DNA of 64,000 bases, taken from the NCBI GenBank assembly GCA_965220565.1, contig CBDCQG010000001.1, forward strand, positions 462,030 through 526,029. Direction: 5' to 3'. The notes under the pieces were generated by a model. It was not told where the DNA came from, did not search any database, and saw only the letters and a list, made by a program, of their open reading frames with translations. The stretch's first letter is position 1. Every line of letters begins with the position of its first letter. This document shows, one piece after another, positions 38,960-48,209 of this stretch. This stretch comes from Dehalococcoidia bacterium. GTDB taxonomy: Bacteria > Chloroflexota > Dehalococcoidia > UBA6926. The position numbers were made by a program, and so were the translations under genes.

Positions 38960-40651
38960 ATGTCCTCTGATATCTACACCACACTCAAGCAAGAAGCTGA
39001 CGCCGCGTGGGCGGAGTGGGATGACCCGTCCATTGCCCGCGTCAGCGTCGGCATCTCTGCTGCCGCCCTCACCGTCGGCGCAGGCGAGACGCTTGAGGCA
39101 ATCCAGTCGACACTAGGGGAACTCGATATCGACGTTCGGCTGCTGGAAGTCGGAGACATCGGCTTCTCGTGGGCCGATCCCGTCGTTCACATTGCCCCGC
39201 CCAACATGCCGCGCATCACCTACGGAAAGGTGACGGCCGATGCCGCGCCCCAACTGATCCGTGATGTGCTTGTGGACGGCAACCTGCGACCGGATCTTGC
39301 GCTCGGCGTACAGGGCGATACACCCATCGACGGCGCAGACATCCCTCTCCTCGATGAGCAGAACTGGATGCGCGACCAACTCCGCCTCCTGATGACCAAT
39401 TTCGGCCATATCGAGCCGGGCAATTTGATGCACTACGTGGCCCGTGGCGGCCTGGAATCGCTGGACAAGGCGCTGAATGAGATGTCGCCGCAGGACGTTG
39501 TGGATACCGTCCGCAACTCCGGCCTGCGCGGGCGCGGCGGCGCGCTTTTCCCCGCCGGCGTCAAGTGGAGCTTCATGGGCCCGCCCGGCCCCGGAGACCG
39601 CTATCTCGCCATCAACGGTGAGGAGGGCGACCCCGGCGCGTTCACGGACGCTGCCATCGTCGAGAATGATCCACATCGCCTCTTGGAAGGCATCCTGATT
39701 GCCTCCTATGCGATGGGCGCAAACAAGAGCTATATCCACATCCGCGCCGAATACCGGCTACCCCTTGAGCGGCTCCGCCGCGCGCTCCATGAGATGGAGG
39801 AGCGGGGACTCGTTGGCGATAACATCATGGGCACCGACTTCTCCCATGAGGTCGAGATCGAGGCCACCGGCCACGCCTATATCTGTGGTGAAGAGACGGC
39901 GCTGATGGAGTCCGTTGAGGGCAAGCGCGGCGCGCCCCGCCCACGCCCGCCGTTCCCCGCCGCCTACGGCATCTTTGGCCGACCGACCACCATCAACAAC
40001 GTCAAGACGATTTCCTATGTTCCGCATGTGCTTGAGATAGGCGCGGAGGCATTCGCCGCCATCGGCACGGAGAACGCGTCCGGCACGGCGATGTTGTCAC
40101 TTTCCGGCCATATCAATAAACCCGGAATTGCAGAAATCCCCGTTGGAATTAATTTGGCCGGAGTTATTGAAAACGTTGCGGGCGGCATTCGCGGCGGCAA
40201 GAAAGTGAAGGCTCTCCAGTGCGGCGGCCCGCTCGGCGGCATCATGCCCGCTTCCGAGATGGACATGCCGGCTGAGTTCCAGGCCATGACCGCCAAGGGC
40301 AGCCCGCTCGGTTCCGGCGGCATCCTCGTGCTTGATGAGGACACCTCCATCGTGGATCTCGTCAAGAACATCGCTGAGTTCATCGACGCGGAATCGTGCG
40401 GCAAGTGCTTTCCGTGCCGCAAGGGAGCGACCCATATCTCCCACCTGCTTGCCAATATCATGGAGGGCTACGGGCAGGAGGGCGACCTCGACAAGATACA
40501 GAACGTTGGCACGTCGATGGTGCAGGGCTCGCTGTGCGGCCTGGGGCAGCTCGCGCCCGGCGTCCTGAACAGCGCCATCCGCTATTTCCGTGAGGAATTT
40601 GAGGAGCATATCAGGGCAGTTTCTGCCGCGCCGGCCCACGCGCAGCCCTAA
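38960..40651 (+). CDS. nuoF: NADH dehydrogenase flavoprotein subunit F-like (NuoF/HoxF/FdsB family) with N-terminal extension
   Basis: 563 aa; GLRGRGGALFPAGVKW (FMN/NADH site), ESCGKCFPCR 4Fe-4S; about 130-aa N-terminal extra domain. Confidence 0.85.
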   Translation: MSSDIYTTLKQEADAAWAEWDDPSIARVSVGISAAALTVGAGETLEAIQSTLGELDIDVRLLEVGDIGFSWADPVVHIAPPNMPRITYGKVTADAAPQLIRDVLVDGNLRPDLALGVQGDTPIDGADIPLLDEQNWMRDQLRLLMTNFGHIEPGNLMHYVARGGLESLDKALNEMSPQDVVDTVRNSGLRGRGGALFPAGVKWSFMGPPGPGDRYLAINGEEGDPGAFTDAAIVENDPHRLLEGILIASYAMGANKSYIHIRAEYRLPLERLRRALHEMEERGLVGDNIMGTDFSHEVEIEATGHAYICGEETALMESVEGKRGAPRPRPPFPAAYGIFGRPTTINNVKTISYVPHVLEIGAEAFAAIGTENASGTAMLSLSGHINKPGIAEIPVGINLAGVIENVAGGIRGGKKVKALQCGGPLGGIMPASEMDMPAEFQAMTAKGSPLGSGGILVLDEDTSIVDLVKNIAEFIDAESCGKCFPCRKGATHISHLLANIMEGYGQEGDLDKIQNVGTSMVQGSLCGLGQLAPGVLNSAIRYFREEFEEHIRAVSAAPAHAQP

Positions 40652-40669
40652 CCCGCCGGGAGCAATCCG

Positions 40670-41614
40670 TTGCCTAAAGTAATCCTCGATATGGACGTCG
40701 GCGTCGATGATTCGCTCGCCATCCTCCTCGCCCTCCGTTCCCCGGAACTGGAAATCCTGGGCATCACGGCAGTCGCGGGCAACGCTCCACTGGCAAACAC
40801 CGCCAACAACGTCTTGCGCGTGCTGGAGGCGGCAGGAAGGACGGAGATTCCGGTAGCAAAAGGCGCGGCCAAACCGCTTACCCGCGAACCGGAGGCTGCC
40901 CTGCATGTTCATGGCAACGATGGCCTTGGCGGCGCGCCCGTTCCCCAACCCACGCAGATGACCTTTGATGCACGCCCCGCCGTTCAATTCATCTCTGACA
41001 TCGTTATGGCGCACGAACCGGGCGAAATCACCCTGATCCCCACGGGCCCCATGACAAACGTCGCCCACCTCATGCGAGAAGCTCCTGACGCTTTCGCGCG
41101 CCTGAGCAACATCGTCCTCATGGGTGGCGCATTCGCGCTCACGCCGTACGGCCACGGCAACGTCACCACCGTCTCCGAGTTCAACATCTGGGCCGACCCT
41201 GAGGCCGCCGCCGAACTCGTTCAGGCGGATATTCCCATCACGGCAGTCGGGCTCGATGTCACCACCGATCCCACCGCATCCATCAACCCCGAGCGCCACG
41301 AGATGCTCCGCAACAGCGGCGATCCCTACGCGCAAACCGCCGCCCTCATCAGCACGCAGGTGCTCGAACGATTCGGCGTCGTCAATATCCATGACGCGCA
41401 GGCCGTGGCCGCCGTCATCGACCCCACACTCATGCGGCTCGAAACCTACCCGATTGAGATCATCACGCAGGACGGGTCAGTGCGCGGCCAGACCATCGTT
41501 GACCGCCGCCCCGGACCTCGCCGCAGCAGCGGCCCGGAAATAGCGGTTGCGACCGCCGTTGACGGCCCGCGCTTTCTTGAACTCTTGTTGGGACGGCTGA
41601 CGCAGGAGGCGTAA
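40670..41614 (+). CDS. nucleoside hydrolase (inosine-uridine preferring family)
   Basis: 314 aa; N-terminal DMDVGVDDSLAILLA Ca-binding aspartate motif. Confidence 0.85.
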   Translation: MPKVILDMDVGVDDSLAILLALRSPELEILGITAVAGNAPLANTANNVLRVLEAAGRTEIPVAKGAAKPLTREPEAALHVHGNDGLGGAPVPQPTQMTFDARPAVQFISDIVMAHEPGEITLIPTGPMTNVAHLMREAPDAFARLSNIVLMGGAFALTPYGHGNVTTVSEFNIWADPEAAAELVQADIPITAVGLDVTTDPTASINPERHEMLRNSGDPYAQTAALISTQVLERFGVVNIHDAQAVAAVIDPTLMRLETYPIEIITQDGSVRGQTIVDRRPGPRRSSGPEIAVATAVDGPRFLELLLGRLTQEA

Positions 41615-41676
41615 CGACTACGCAAGCGCCCCTCGTCGTTGCCTTTGGGGCCATCAACTGGGACATCACCCTGTTC

Positions 41677-42603
41677 GTGGAGTCGCTGCCGACCCCCGGA
41701 CAGGAGGTAACAGTTTCTGACGTTGCCCGCGTTCCGGGCGGCACTGCCGCCAATGTCGCCGTCGCGGCTGCGCGGCTGCTCACCCCGGACGCCGTCGCCT
41801 TTGTCGGCGCGCTTGGCGATGACGCCATCGCGGAGCAACAGCGTGACATCCTGCGTTCAGAGAGAGTGTCCGCAGACGGCATCGTGACGATTCCGAACAC
41901 CGAGTCCGGCCAGGCGTTCATCCTTGTTGACGCGAACAGCCAGAACGTGATTGCCAGCGCGCTTGGCGCAAACGCCCTGCTCGCTCCTGGCCATATCCGC
42001 CAACCCATTGTGCGGAACACGATCGCAAATGCCCGCAACTGCGCCATCACCGATCCGCCGCTCCCTGTCATTGAGGAAATCCTGAGCAGTACGGAGAACA
42101 CGGGATGCCGTGTCTCATGGGACCCGGGCGTGCTGGCAACAGACCGTGACGCCGTCCGGCCTCTGGCGCGGCGTGTTGACACCCTGCTCCTGAATGAAGA
42201 AGAAACGGCGGCTCTCTTTGGCGAGGACAACCCTCCCGCTATCGCCCGGCGGCTGCGAGACGAGGGCTGGACCAACCGCATCATCCTCAAGCGGGGCGGG
42301 CAGGGAGCAACCGTCATTGACTTTGCAAACGGTCGACTCATCGACGTGCCGCCACTCCCGCTCATGGAGCTCGGGATGAATCCGGTCAACAGCGTTGGGG
42401 CAGGGGACGCCTTTCATGGCGCGCTCGCCGCCCTCGAAGCCGAAGGACAGGCATTCACCGATGCGCTGCTCGGCGCAACGGCCGCCGCCGGCATCAATGT
42501 CTCTCGCTCTGGGACACGCGACGCCCCAACATCCGATGAACTGGCACAGGTTCTCGCTGCGTGGCGCGAGATGGGTGGAGCCGTCAGCACAAGCCCGCTA
42601 TGA
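41677..42603 (+). CDS. PfkB-family carbohydrate kinase (ribokinase-like)
   Basis: 308 aa from ATG; C-terminal AVGAGDAFHGAL; conserved N-terminal segment (LVVAFGAINWDITLFVESLP) lies in frame upstream of first ATG/GTG. Confidence 0.75.
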   Translation: MESLPTPGQEVTVSDVARVPGGTAANVAVAAARLLTPDAVAFVGALGDDAIAEQQRDILRSERVSADGIVTIPNTESGQAFILVDANSQNVIASALGANALLAPGHIRQPIVRNTIANARNCAITDPPLPVIEEILSSTENTGCRVSWDPGVLATDRDAVRPLARRVDTLLLNEEETAALFGEDNPPAIARRLRDEGWTNRIILKRGGQGATVIDFANGRLIDVPPLPLMELGMNPVNSVGAGDAFHGALAALEAEGQAFTDALLGATAAAGINVSRSGTRDAPTSDELAQVLAAWREMGGAVSTSPL

Positions 42604-42668
42604 GGTGGCGCTATAGTGGGAGAAGCACGTGAGCCTGAAGACACCCCTTTGGTCACAGGAGGAAAAAC

Positions 42669-43349
42669 GTGAAGGTAACGACTGAATTCGATCCGGCATA
42701 TTCGTATCTGACGGTGGAACTGGATCAGGGCGAGTCCATCAAGGTTGAACCCGGCGCGATGGCCACGTCTCAAGGCGTCGATATGCAGACGGGCATGACC
42801 GGCGGCGGCCTTTTCGGGAAAGTGCGCCGCATGGTCGCCGGCGAGTCCTTTTTCGTCAACACGTTTACCGGCGGGCCCGGCGGCGGCTGGGTGGGCATCG
42901 CCTCGACCGTCCCCGGAGACGTGAAGTCGTTTGATATCGAGCCGGGCCAGAACCTCTATATCCAGGGCGGTTCGTTCCTTGCGTCCGATTTGAACGTTGA
43001 ACTGGACACCAAGTTCCAGGGGATGCGCGGCCTGTTCAGCGGGGAGAATCTCTTCTTCCTGCGCGCCTACACGGAGCGCGCGACAGGCACCGTTTTCTGC
43101 AACTGCTACGGCGCGATCAAGGAACTGACCGTCTCGGGCGGCCAGGAGCTTGTTGTCGATACCGGCCATCTTGTCGCGTTCACGGATGGCGTTGAATACT
43201 CCATCGGCAAGGTTGGCGGGCTCGTCTCGCTCATCGGCGGCGGCGAGGGTCTGGTGATGAAGTTCCGCGGTGAGGGCAAGGTGTGGGTGCAGAGGCGCAC
43301 CATCGCCACGCTGGCCGATTTGCTGAACCCCCTCATCTCCAAGAACTAA
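42669..43349 (+). CDS. AIM24-family (DUF124/TIGR00266) protein
   Basis: 226 aa; beta-rich, Gly-rich repeats characteristic of AIM24 family. Confidence 0.7.
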   Translation: MKVTTEFDPAYSYLTVELDQGESIKVEPGAMATSQGVDMQTGMTGGGLFGKVRRMVAGESFFVNTFTGGPGGGWVGIASTVPGDVKSFDIEPGQNLYIQGGSFLASDLNVELDTKFQGMRGLFSGENLFFLRAYTERATGTVFCNCYGAIKELTVSGGQELVVDTGHLVAFTDGVEYSIGKVGGLVSLIGGGEGLVMKFRGEGKVWVQRRTIATLADLLNPLISKN

Positions 43350-43372
43350 ACGCCACCCAGGGGAGGAGACTA

Positions 43373-44140
43373 ATGGCAACAAACGGACAACACGCCGCTC
43401 GCCCTGAGCCTGTCGAAGGGCGATCTCGCCCATGGGACGCATTCATCAGCGACCGCGACCGTGAGATCTACGCCAAGAGCGGCTTCGGCGCGAGCGTCGG
43501 CGTCGGCGAGCGTCCCGCGCTCCTGATCATTGACGCGCAGTACCGCACCACCGGTGAGGGCCCCGTCCCCATACAGGAGGCGATGAAGCAGTACGCCACC
43601 GCCGTCGGCGAGGATGCGTGGCGCGCCGTCGACAAGATTGAGCAACTGGTCAAGGTGTTCCGGGGCAAGGGCTGGCCGGTCATGTACGCGCAGGGTGAGC
43701 GCACCGGCGCGCAGGAGGGCGCGCGCTACACCGACAAGATTCCGTCGCTCTCCGCCGACTACAACCTCCCCGGCAGCCACGGCGCGCAGATTGTCGAGCC
43801 GCTCACGCCGGAGCCCGGGGATGTCATCATCTACAAGCGTTTCCCCTCCATCTTCTTTGGGACCAACCTCGTCACCCAGCTTGTTGCAGCCGGCGCGGAC
43901 ACGCTCGTTGTGGTCGGCTGCACCACCAGCGGATGCGTACGTGGCACGGTCGTTGACGGCATGAGCTACGGTTTCCGGTGCATCGTCCCCGAGGACTGTG
44001 TTTGGGATCGCGGGCAGGCGTCGCACGCTATCAACCTGTTTGACATCGCCCAGAAATACGCAGATGTCATGCCGCTGGACGAACTCGAACCCATCCTCGA
44101 CTCCGTCCCCGCTCGCACGGAAAGCGCCGCCACCGTCTAA
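43373..44140 (+). CDS. isochorismatase-family cysteine hydrolase (N-carbamoylsarcosine amidase-like)
   Basis: ATG 43373; LLIIDAQY (Asp), K, VVGCTTSGCVRGT (Cys) catalytic triad pattern; family-3 repeat embedded in first 20 codons. Confidence 0.75.
   Translation: MATNGQHAARPEPVEGRSRPWDAFISDRDREIYAKSGFGASVGVGERPALLIIDAQYRTTGEGPVPIQEAMKQYATAVGEDAWRAVDKIEQLVKVFRGKGWPVMYAQGERTGAQEGARYTDKIPSLSADYNLPGSHGAQIVEPLTPEPGDVIIYKRFPSIFFGTNLVTQLVAAGADTLVVVGCTTSGCVRGTVVDGMSYGFRCIVPEDCVWDRGQASHAINLFDIAQKYADVMPLDELEPILDSVPARTESAATV
43395..43430. repeat. dispersed hairpin repeat, family 3
   Basis: CGCTCGCCCTGAGCCTGTCGAAGGGCGATCTCGCCC; lies inside 5' end of isochorismatase-family CDS. Confidence 0.6.
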
Positions 44141-44156
44141 CGGCATTTCGCTTTGT

Positions 44157-44185
44157 GTTGTCATTCTGAGCGCAGCGAAGAATCC
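44157..44185. repeat. dispersed hairpin repeat, family 2
   Basis: GTTGTCATTCTGAGCGCAGCGAAGAATCC. Confidence 0.7.
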
Positions 44186-44210
44186 AAAGACACGGAAGTA
44201 GAATCAACAC

Positions 44211-44240
44211 GTCATTCCCGCGAAAGCGGGAATCTGAATC
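44211..44240. repeat. dispersed hairpin repeat, family 1
   Basis: GTCATTCCCGCGAAAGCGGGAATCTGAATC directly abutting ATG of next gene. Confidence 0.7.
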
Positions 44241-45113
44241 ATGACCACTAAGCCCAACACCCTTCGCCAACTGCTGGACACCCGGTCTCCCCTTGTCGTC
44301 CCGTTCGCCTATGACGCCTTCTCCGCCAAGCTGATAGAGGCTGCCGGTTTCCCCGCCGCGGGCATCAGCGGCTCTTCCGTCGCCGCCTCCGCATTCGGCC
44401 TGCCGGACGTTGGCCTTCTTTCACGCGAGGATGTTGTAGGACAGGCGCGCCGCATCGCGGCAGCCGTCACCATCCCTGTCATCGCGGATGCCGACACCGG
44501 CTACGGCGGCCCGCTACAGGCTGCGCACACGATACGAGCCATGGAGGACGCCGGACTCGCCGGTCTCTTCATGGAGGATCAGGAAGACCCCAAGCGCTGC
44601 GCGCACCTCGCCGGAACAACCGTCATCCCGGTAGAGGCGATGCTGGGCAAATTGAAAGCCGCGCTCGGCGCGCGCCGCGACAACGACTTTCTCATCATCG
44701 CCCGCACCGACGCTGTCGAGACCGAGGGAGTCGAGGGCGCGGCGAAACGCGCCCGCGCCTATCTTGACGCCGGCGCAGACATGGCATTCCTGGCAGGCCC
44801 GGGGACGGTGGACGAACTGGAGAGATTCCCGAAACTGGTTGGGCAGGGTACGTTCATGGTCGTCCTGACGGAGGGTGGCAAAACACCGCTCCTGCCCGCC
44901 GCCAAACTCGCCGACATGGGCTACGGCTTAATCGGCTACTCCGGCCTCGCCATCGGTTCCGCGGCAAAGGCCGTGCAGCACAGCCTGAATGCCCTGAAAG
45001 AGCAGGGCAGCAATGTTGACCTCATCGACCGCGTCATGCCGCTCAACGAGCGTAACGAGGTCCTCGAACTGTTGAAGTGGCAGCAGCTGGAAACGGATAC
45101 GCTGCCACCATAA
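44241..45113 (+). CDS. isocitrate lyase/PEP mutase superfamily enzyme (methylisocitrate lyase / carboxyvinyl-carboxyphosphonate phosphorylmutase-like)
   Basis: 290 aa; VVPFAYDAFSAKLIEAAGF, ADADTGYGG motifs. Confidence 0.8.
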   Translation: MTTKPNTLRQLLDTRSPLVVPFAYDAFSAKLIEAAGFPAAGISGSSVAASAFGLPDVGLLSREDVVGQARRIAAAVTIPVIADADTGYGGPLQAAHTIRAMEDAGLAGLFMEDQEDPKRCAHLAGTTVIPVEAMLGKLKAALGARRDNDFLIIARTDAVETEGVEGAAKRARAYLDAGADMAFLAGPGTVDELERFPKLVGQGTFMVVLTEGGKTPLLPAAKLADMGYGLIGYSGLAIGSAAKAVQHSLNALKEQGSNVDLIDRVMPLNERNEVLELLKWQQLETDTLPP

Positions 45114-45198
45114 TCCGACTCGCAGAGAGTAGGCCCGTGAAACAGCTCCTGTTTCGAGATAGCGTGTCGGATGCTCTGCAATCTGCTATAAAGGTGAC

Positions 45199-46110
45199 AT
45201 GCAAGCTGAGTCGTTACTCGAAGCCACAAACCTCACCAAGCGCTATGGCAGAGTCCTCGCCCTCGACAATGTCACCTTCAACGTCGGTGATGGAATAACG
45301 GGCCTTCTTGGCCCCAACGGCGCGGGCAAGAGCACCGCGATCAAGCTCTTTCTCGGCCTGCTTCAGCCGACGGAGGGCGTCGCCCAGGTCATGGGCGCCC
45401 AGCCCTACCACGATGTGAATGCCCGGTCCCTGATTGGCTATATGCCGGAGCATGACTGTCTCCCAACGTCCGTCAACGCCTCGGAGTTCCTCACCCACAT
45501 GGCGCAGGTCAGTGGTTTGCCGCCTGCCCAGGCCCGCACACGCGCTGCGGACACCATGCGCCACGTCGGCCTTGATGAAGCCCGCTACCGCAGCATCGGC
45601 GAGTATTCGACGGGCATGAAACAGCGCGTCAAGCTCGCGCAGGCCATCGTCCATGACCCGCGCCTTGTTCTGCTTGATGAGCCGACGGCGGGCCTTGACC
45701 CGGGCGGTCGCGATGAAATGCTCGACCTGGTCAGGCGCACGGGGCGCGACTTCGGCATCAGCATCGTCTTTTCCTCGCACCTCATGGGCGAAGTGGAGCG
45801 CACCTGCGACAACATCATCGTCCTGGAGGCGGGCCGGGTGACGCACGAGGGCAGCGTCTCCGGATTCACGGAGAACACAGATGTCCTCTCTGTTGATATC
45901 GACTCCCGCCATGATGAATTCATGGCGGCTCTGACTGCCCGCGGCATGGACGTGGAGCGAGACGGCAACTCCGTGTTGATCGCGCATGAGAGCGGCGAGC
46001 ATCTTGCGGCCATCCAGGAGGCGCTCATCGAGACGCAGGCGCCGCTCCGCCGCATGGCCAACCGCCGCCGCATGTTGACCGAGATCTTCCGGGACGAACC
46101 CACGGACTGA
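45199..46110 (+). CDS. ABC transporter ATP-binding protein (ABC-2 type exporter)
   Basis: Walker A GPNGAGKST, signature YSTGMKQRV, Walker B LLDEP. Confidence 0.85.
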   Translation: MQAESLLEATNLTKRYGRVLALDNVTFNVGDGITGLLGPNGAGKSTAIKLFLGLLQPTEGVAQVMGAQPYHDVNARSLIGYMPEHDCLPTSVNASEFLTHMAQVSGLPPAQARTRAADTMRHVGLDEARYRSIGEYSTGMKQRVKLAQAIVHDPRLVLLDEPTAGLDPGGRDEMLDLVRRTGRDFGISIVFSSHLMGEVERTCDNIIVLEAGRVTHEGSVSGFTENTDVLSVDIDSRHDEFMAALTARGMDVERDGNSVLIAHESGEHLAAIQEALIETQAPLRRMANRRRMLTEIFRDEPTD

Positions 46111-46116
46111 ACAGGT

Positions 46117-47247
46117 ATGGAATCCCGTCCGTCAGGCCAACTCTTTGACATCGGCTATCAGCGCTATGACGGCCCCCGGCAGGGTCGAAATCGCGCGCGC
46201 CTTGCCCTGTTCGTCAGCGGCGTCCGCCAATCCCTCGGCCTGGGCCGCGGAGGGCGCTCAAAGATCCTGCCCGTCCTCATGGTGTTGGTGTCTGTCGTTC
46301 CGGCAGCGGTCATCCTTGTCATAGCCGCCATAGGGGGCGGAATCATAGATCGTCCCGTTGAACTGGGCGACTATTTCCCCATAAACGCCTTGCTCCTCAT
46401 GATCGTTGCGGCCATCCTCGCGCCGGGACTCATCGTCTCCGACCGGACGGAGAATGTGCTGAGCCTCTATCTTGTGAGGCCGATGGGCGTATTTGACTAT
46501 CTCGCCGGACGCTGGCTTGCGTTCTTCCTCGTGACGGCCGTCATTATTTCCAGCGGCCCCCTGCTCCTGCTCCTCGGCTACATCCTCCTGTCGAACAACG
46601 CGGCGCAGGAATTCCGCGATAACTGGCTCGATTTCCCCAGGATCCTCATTGCCGCTGCCGCCATGGGCGCATTCATTACATCCATACCACTGGCAGTCGC
46701 CGCCTTTACACCCCGTCGCGTCTATGCGGCGGCAGTCGTCATCGGTGGTGTTCTTGTGCTGAGCACTGCGGTGGGGGTCTTGACTGAACCCATTGATTTC
46801 GATGGATCGTCATTTGAAACAGTCGAAGAACGGCCGATCACGGATGAAGAGCTCGCCGCGGCTGAACAGTTCCTGGATGCGACACGATCCATGCCGGACA
46901 ACGTGGAAGTCATGATATCTGTGGAACTTGAATCGGGAGAGACGAGGCAGTACCTGATGTCGCGGGCTGATGTTGAAGAAGCCCTCGATGGCGGCAATGT
47001 CCGTGTATTTGGATCAGAAGAGCCTGAATCCCTTCTGGGCGCTGAAACCAGTAAGTGGGTTGTCTTTACTGATCCGACGGGAGCAACCGTATTCGTGACC
47101 GATCTCCTCTTCGAGGATGTGCAGTCGAATAACTACCGCCGATTGGTCGCCCAACATCCGGATTACTACCCTGTAGCCGCCTATCTCGTCTGGATCCTCG
47201 TTCCCCTCTCGCTCATGTGGTGGCGGTATCGGAGGTATGCGGCATGA
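46117..47247 (+). CDS. ABC-2 type transporter permease with large extracytoplasmic loop
   Basis: 376 aa; 6 predicted TM segments, acidic about 150-aa loop. Confidence 0.65.
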   Translation: MESRPSGQLFDIGYQRYDGPRQGRNRARLALFVSGVRQSLGLGRGGRSKILPVLMVLVSVVPAAVILVIAAIGGGIIDRPVELGDYFPINALLLMIVAAILAPGLIVSDRTENVLSLYLVRPMGVFDYLAGRWLAFFLVTAVIISSGPLLLLLGYILLSNNAAQEFRDNWLDFPRILIAAAAMGAFITSIPLAVAAFTPRRVYAAAVVIGGVLVLSTAVGVLTEPIDFDGSSFETVEERPITDEELAAAEQFLDATRSMPDNVEVMISVELESGETRQYLMSRADVEEALDGGNVRVFGSEEPESLLGAETSKWVVFTDPTGATVFVTDLLFEDVQSNNYRRLVAQHPDYYPVAAYLVWILVPLSLMWWRYRRYAA

Positions 47248-48206
47248 GCACTGATGAGGCCAACATGGACAGCACCATCCAACCCTCTTCGGACGCCACC
47301 ATCGTCGTTGACAACGTCTCCAAGTGGTTCGGCAATGTCGTTGCCGTCAACGAGGTGTCGCTGGAATTCGGCCCCGGCATCACCGGCCTTCTTGGCCCGA
47401 ACGGCGCGGGCAAGACCACGCTCCTGCATATGATGACCGGCCTCTCCGCCACCTCGCGCGGCAACGTCACCATCCTTGGCCGCCCGGTGCGCGGCGACAC
47501 GCAGTTGTATCGGCAGATCGGCGTCATGACGGAGCATCAGGCCGTGTACGATTTCTACACGGGCCGCGAGTTCGTTGAGCTGTCCGCCCGCATGCACAGG
47601 CTCGAGAATATCGGTGATGCGGTTGACAAGGCCATCGAGGCCGTCCGTATGGCGGATGCGCAGGATCGACGCCTCTCCACGTATTCACGCGGGATGCGGC
47701 AGCGGATGCGCCTGGCCGCCACGCTTGTGCACGATCCGCCCATCCTTGTGCTCGATGAGCCGTTGAACGGCACTGATCCCCGCCAACGGCTGGAGTTCCA
47801 TGACCTCGCGCGGAGCCTTGCGGCAGAGGGACGCACGATTGTCGTTTCTTCGCACATCCTTGAAGAGGTGGAGACGCTTGCCGACAACATCGTTCTCATG
47901 GTGAGCGGCAAGCTCGCCGCCTCCGGCGATTTCCGTTCCATACGCGCCCTGCTGGACGACCGCCCGTATCAGATCCGCGTCACATCCACCAATCCGCGCG
48001 CACTGGCCGGCGGCCTCATCGGCAGTGATGCTGTCACGTCCGTCACCATGGAGGATGACGGCTCGATTCTCTTCCTGACGAATGACCTGCCGTCCGTGCA
48101 GGTGCAGCTTGCCGACGTGGCGCGTGACGCGGGCGCGATCCTTCAGACCGTTGAACCGCAGGACGAATCGCTGGAAAGCGTATTCACGTACATCGTGGAG
48201 CGGTAG
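47244..48206 (+). CDS. ABC transporter ATP-binding protein
   Basis: ATG 47244 overlaps upstream stop (ATGA); GPNGAGKTT, YSRGMRQRM, VLDEP. Confidence 0.85.
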   Translation: MSTDEANMDSTIQPSSDATIVVDNVSKWFGNVVAVNEVSLEFGPGITGLLGPNGAGKTTLLHMMTGLSATSRGNVTILGRPVRGDTQLYRQIGVMTEHQAVYDFYTGREFVELSARMHRLENIGDAVDKAIEAVRMADAQDRRLSTYSRGMRQRMRLAATLVHDPPILVLDEPLNGTDPRQRLEFHDLARSLAAEGRTIVVSSHILEEVETLADNIVLMVSGKLAASGDFRSIRALLDDRPYQIRVTSTNPRALAGGLIGSDAVTSVTMEDDGSILFLTNDLPSVQVQLADVARDAGAILQTVEPQDESLESVFTYIVER

Positions 48207-48209
48207 CAG

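Noticed and set aside
45137-45165. Perfect 7-bp hairpin GAAACAG-CTC-CTGTTTC upstream of the ABC transporter operon
   Set aside because: No T-run (not a terminator) and too short to assign as an operator without other copies; noted only.
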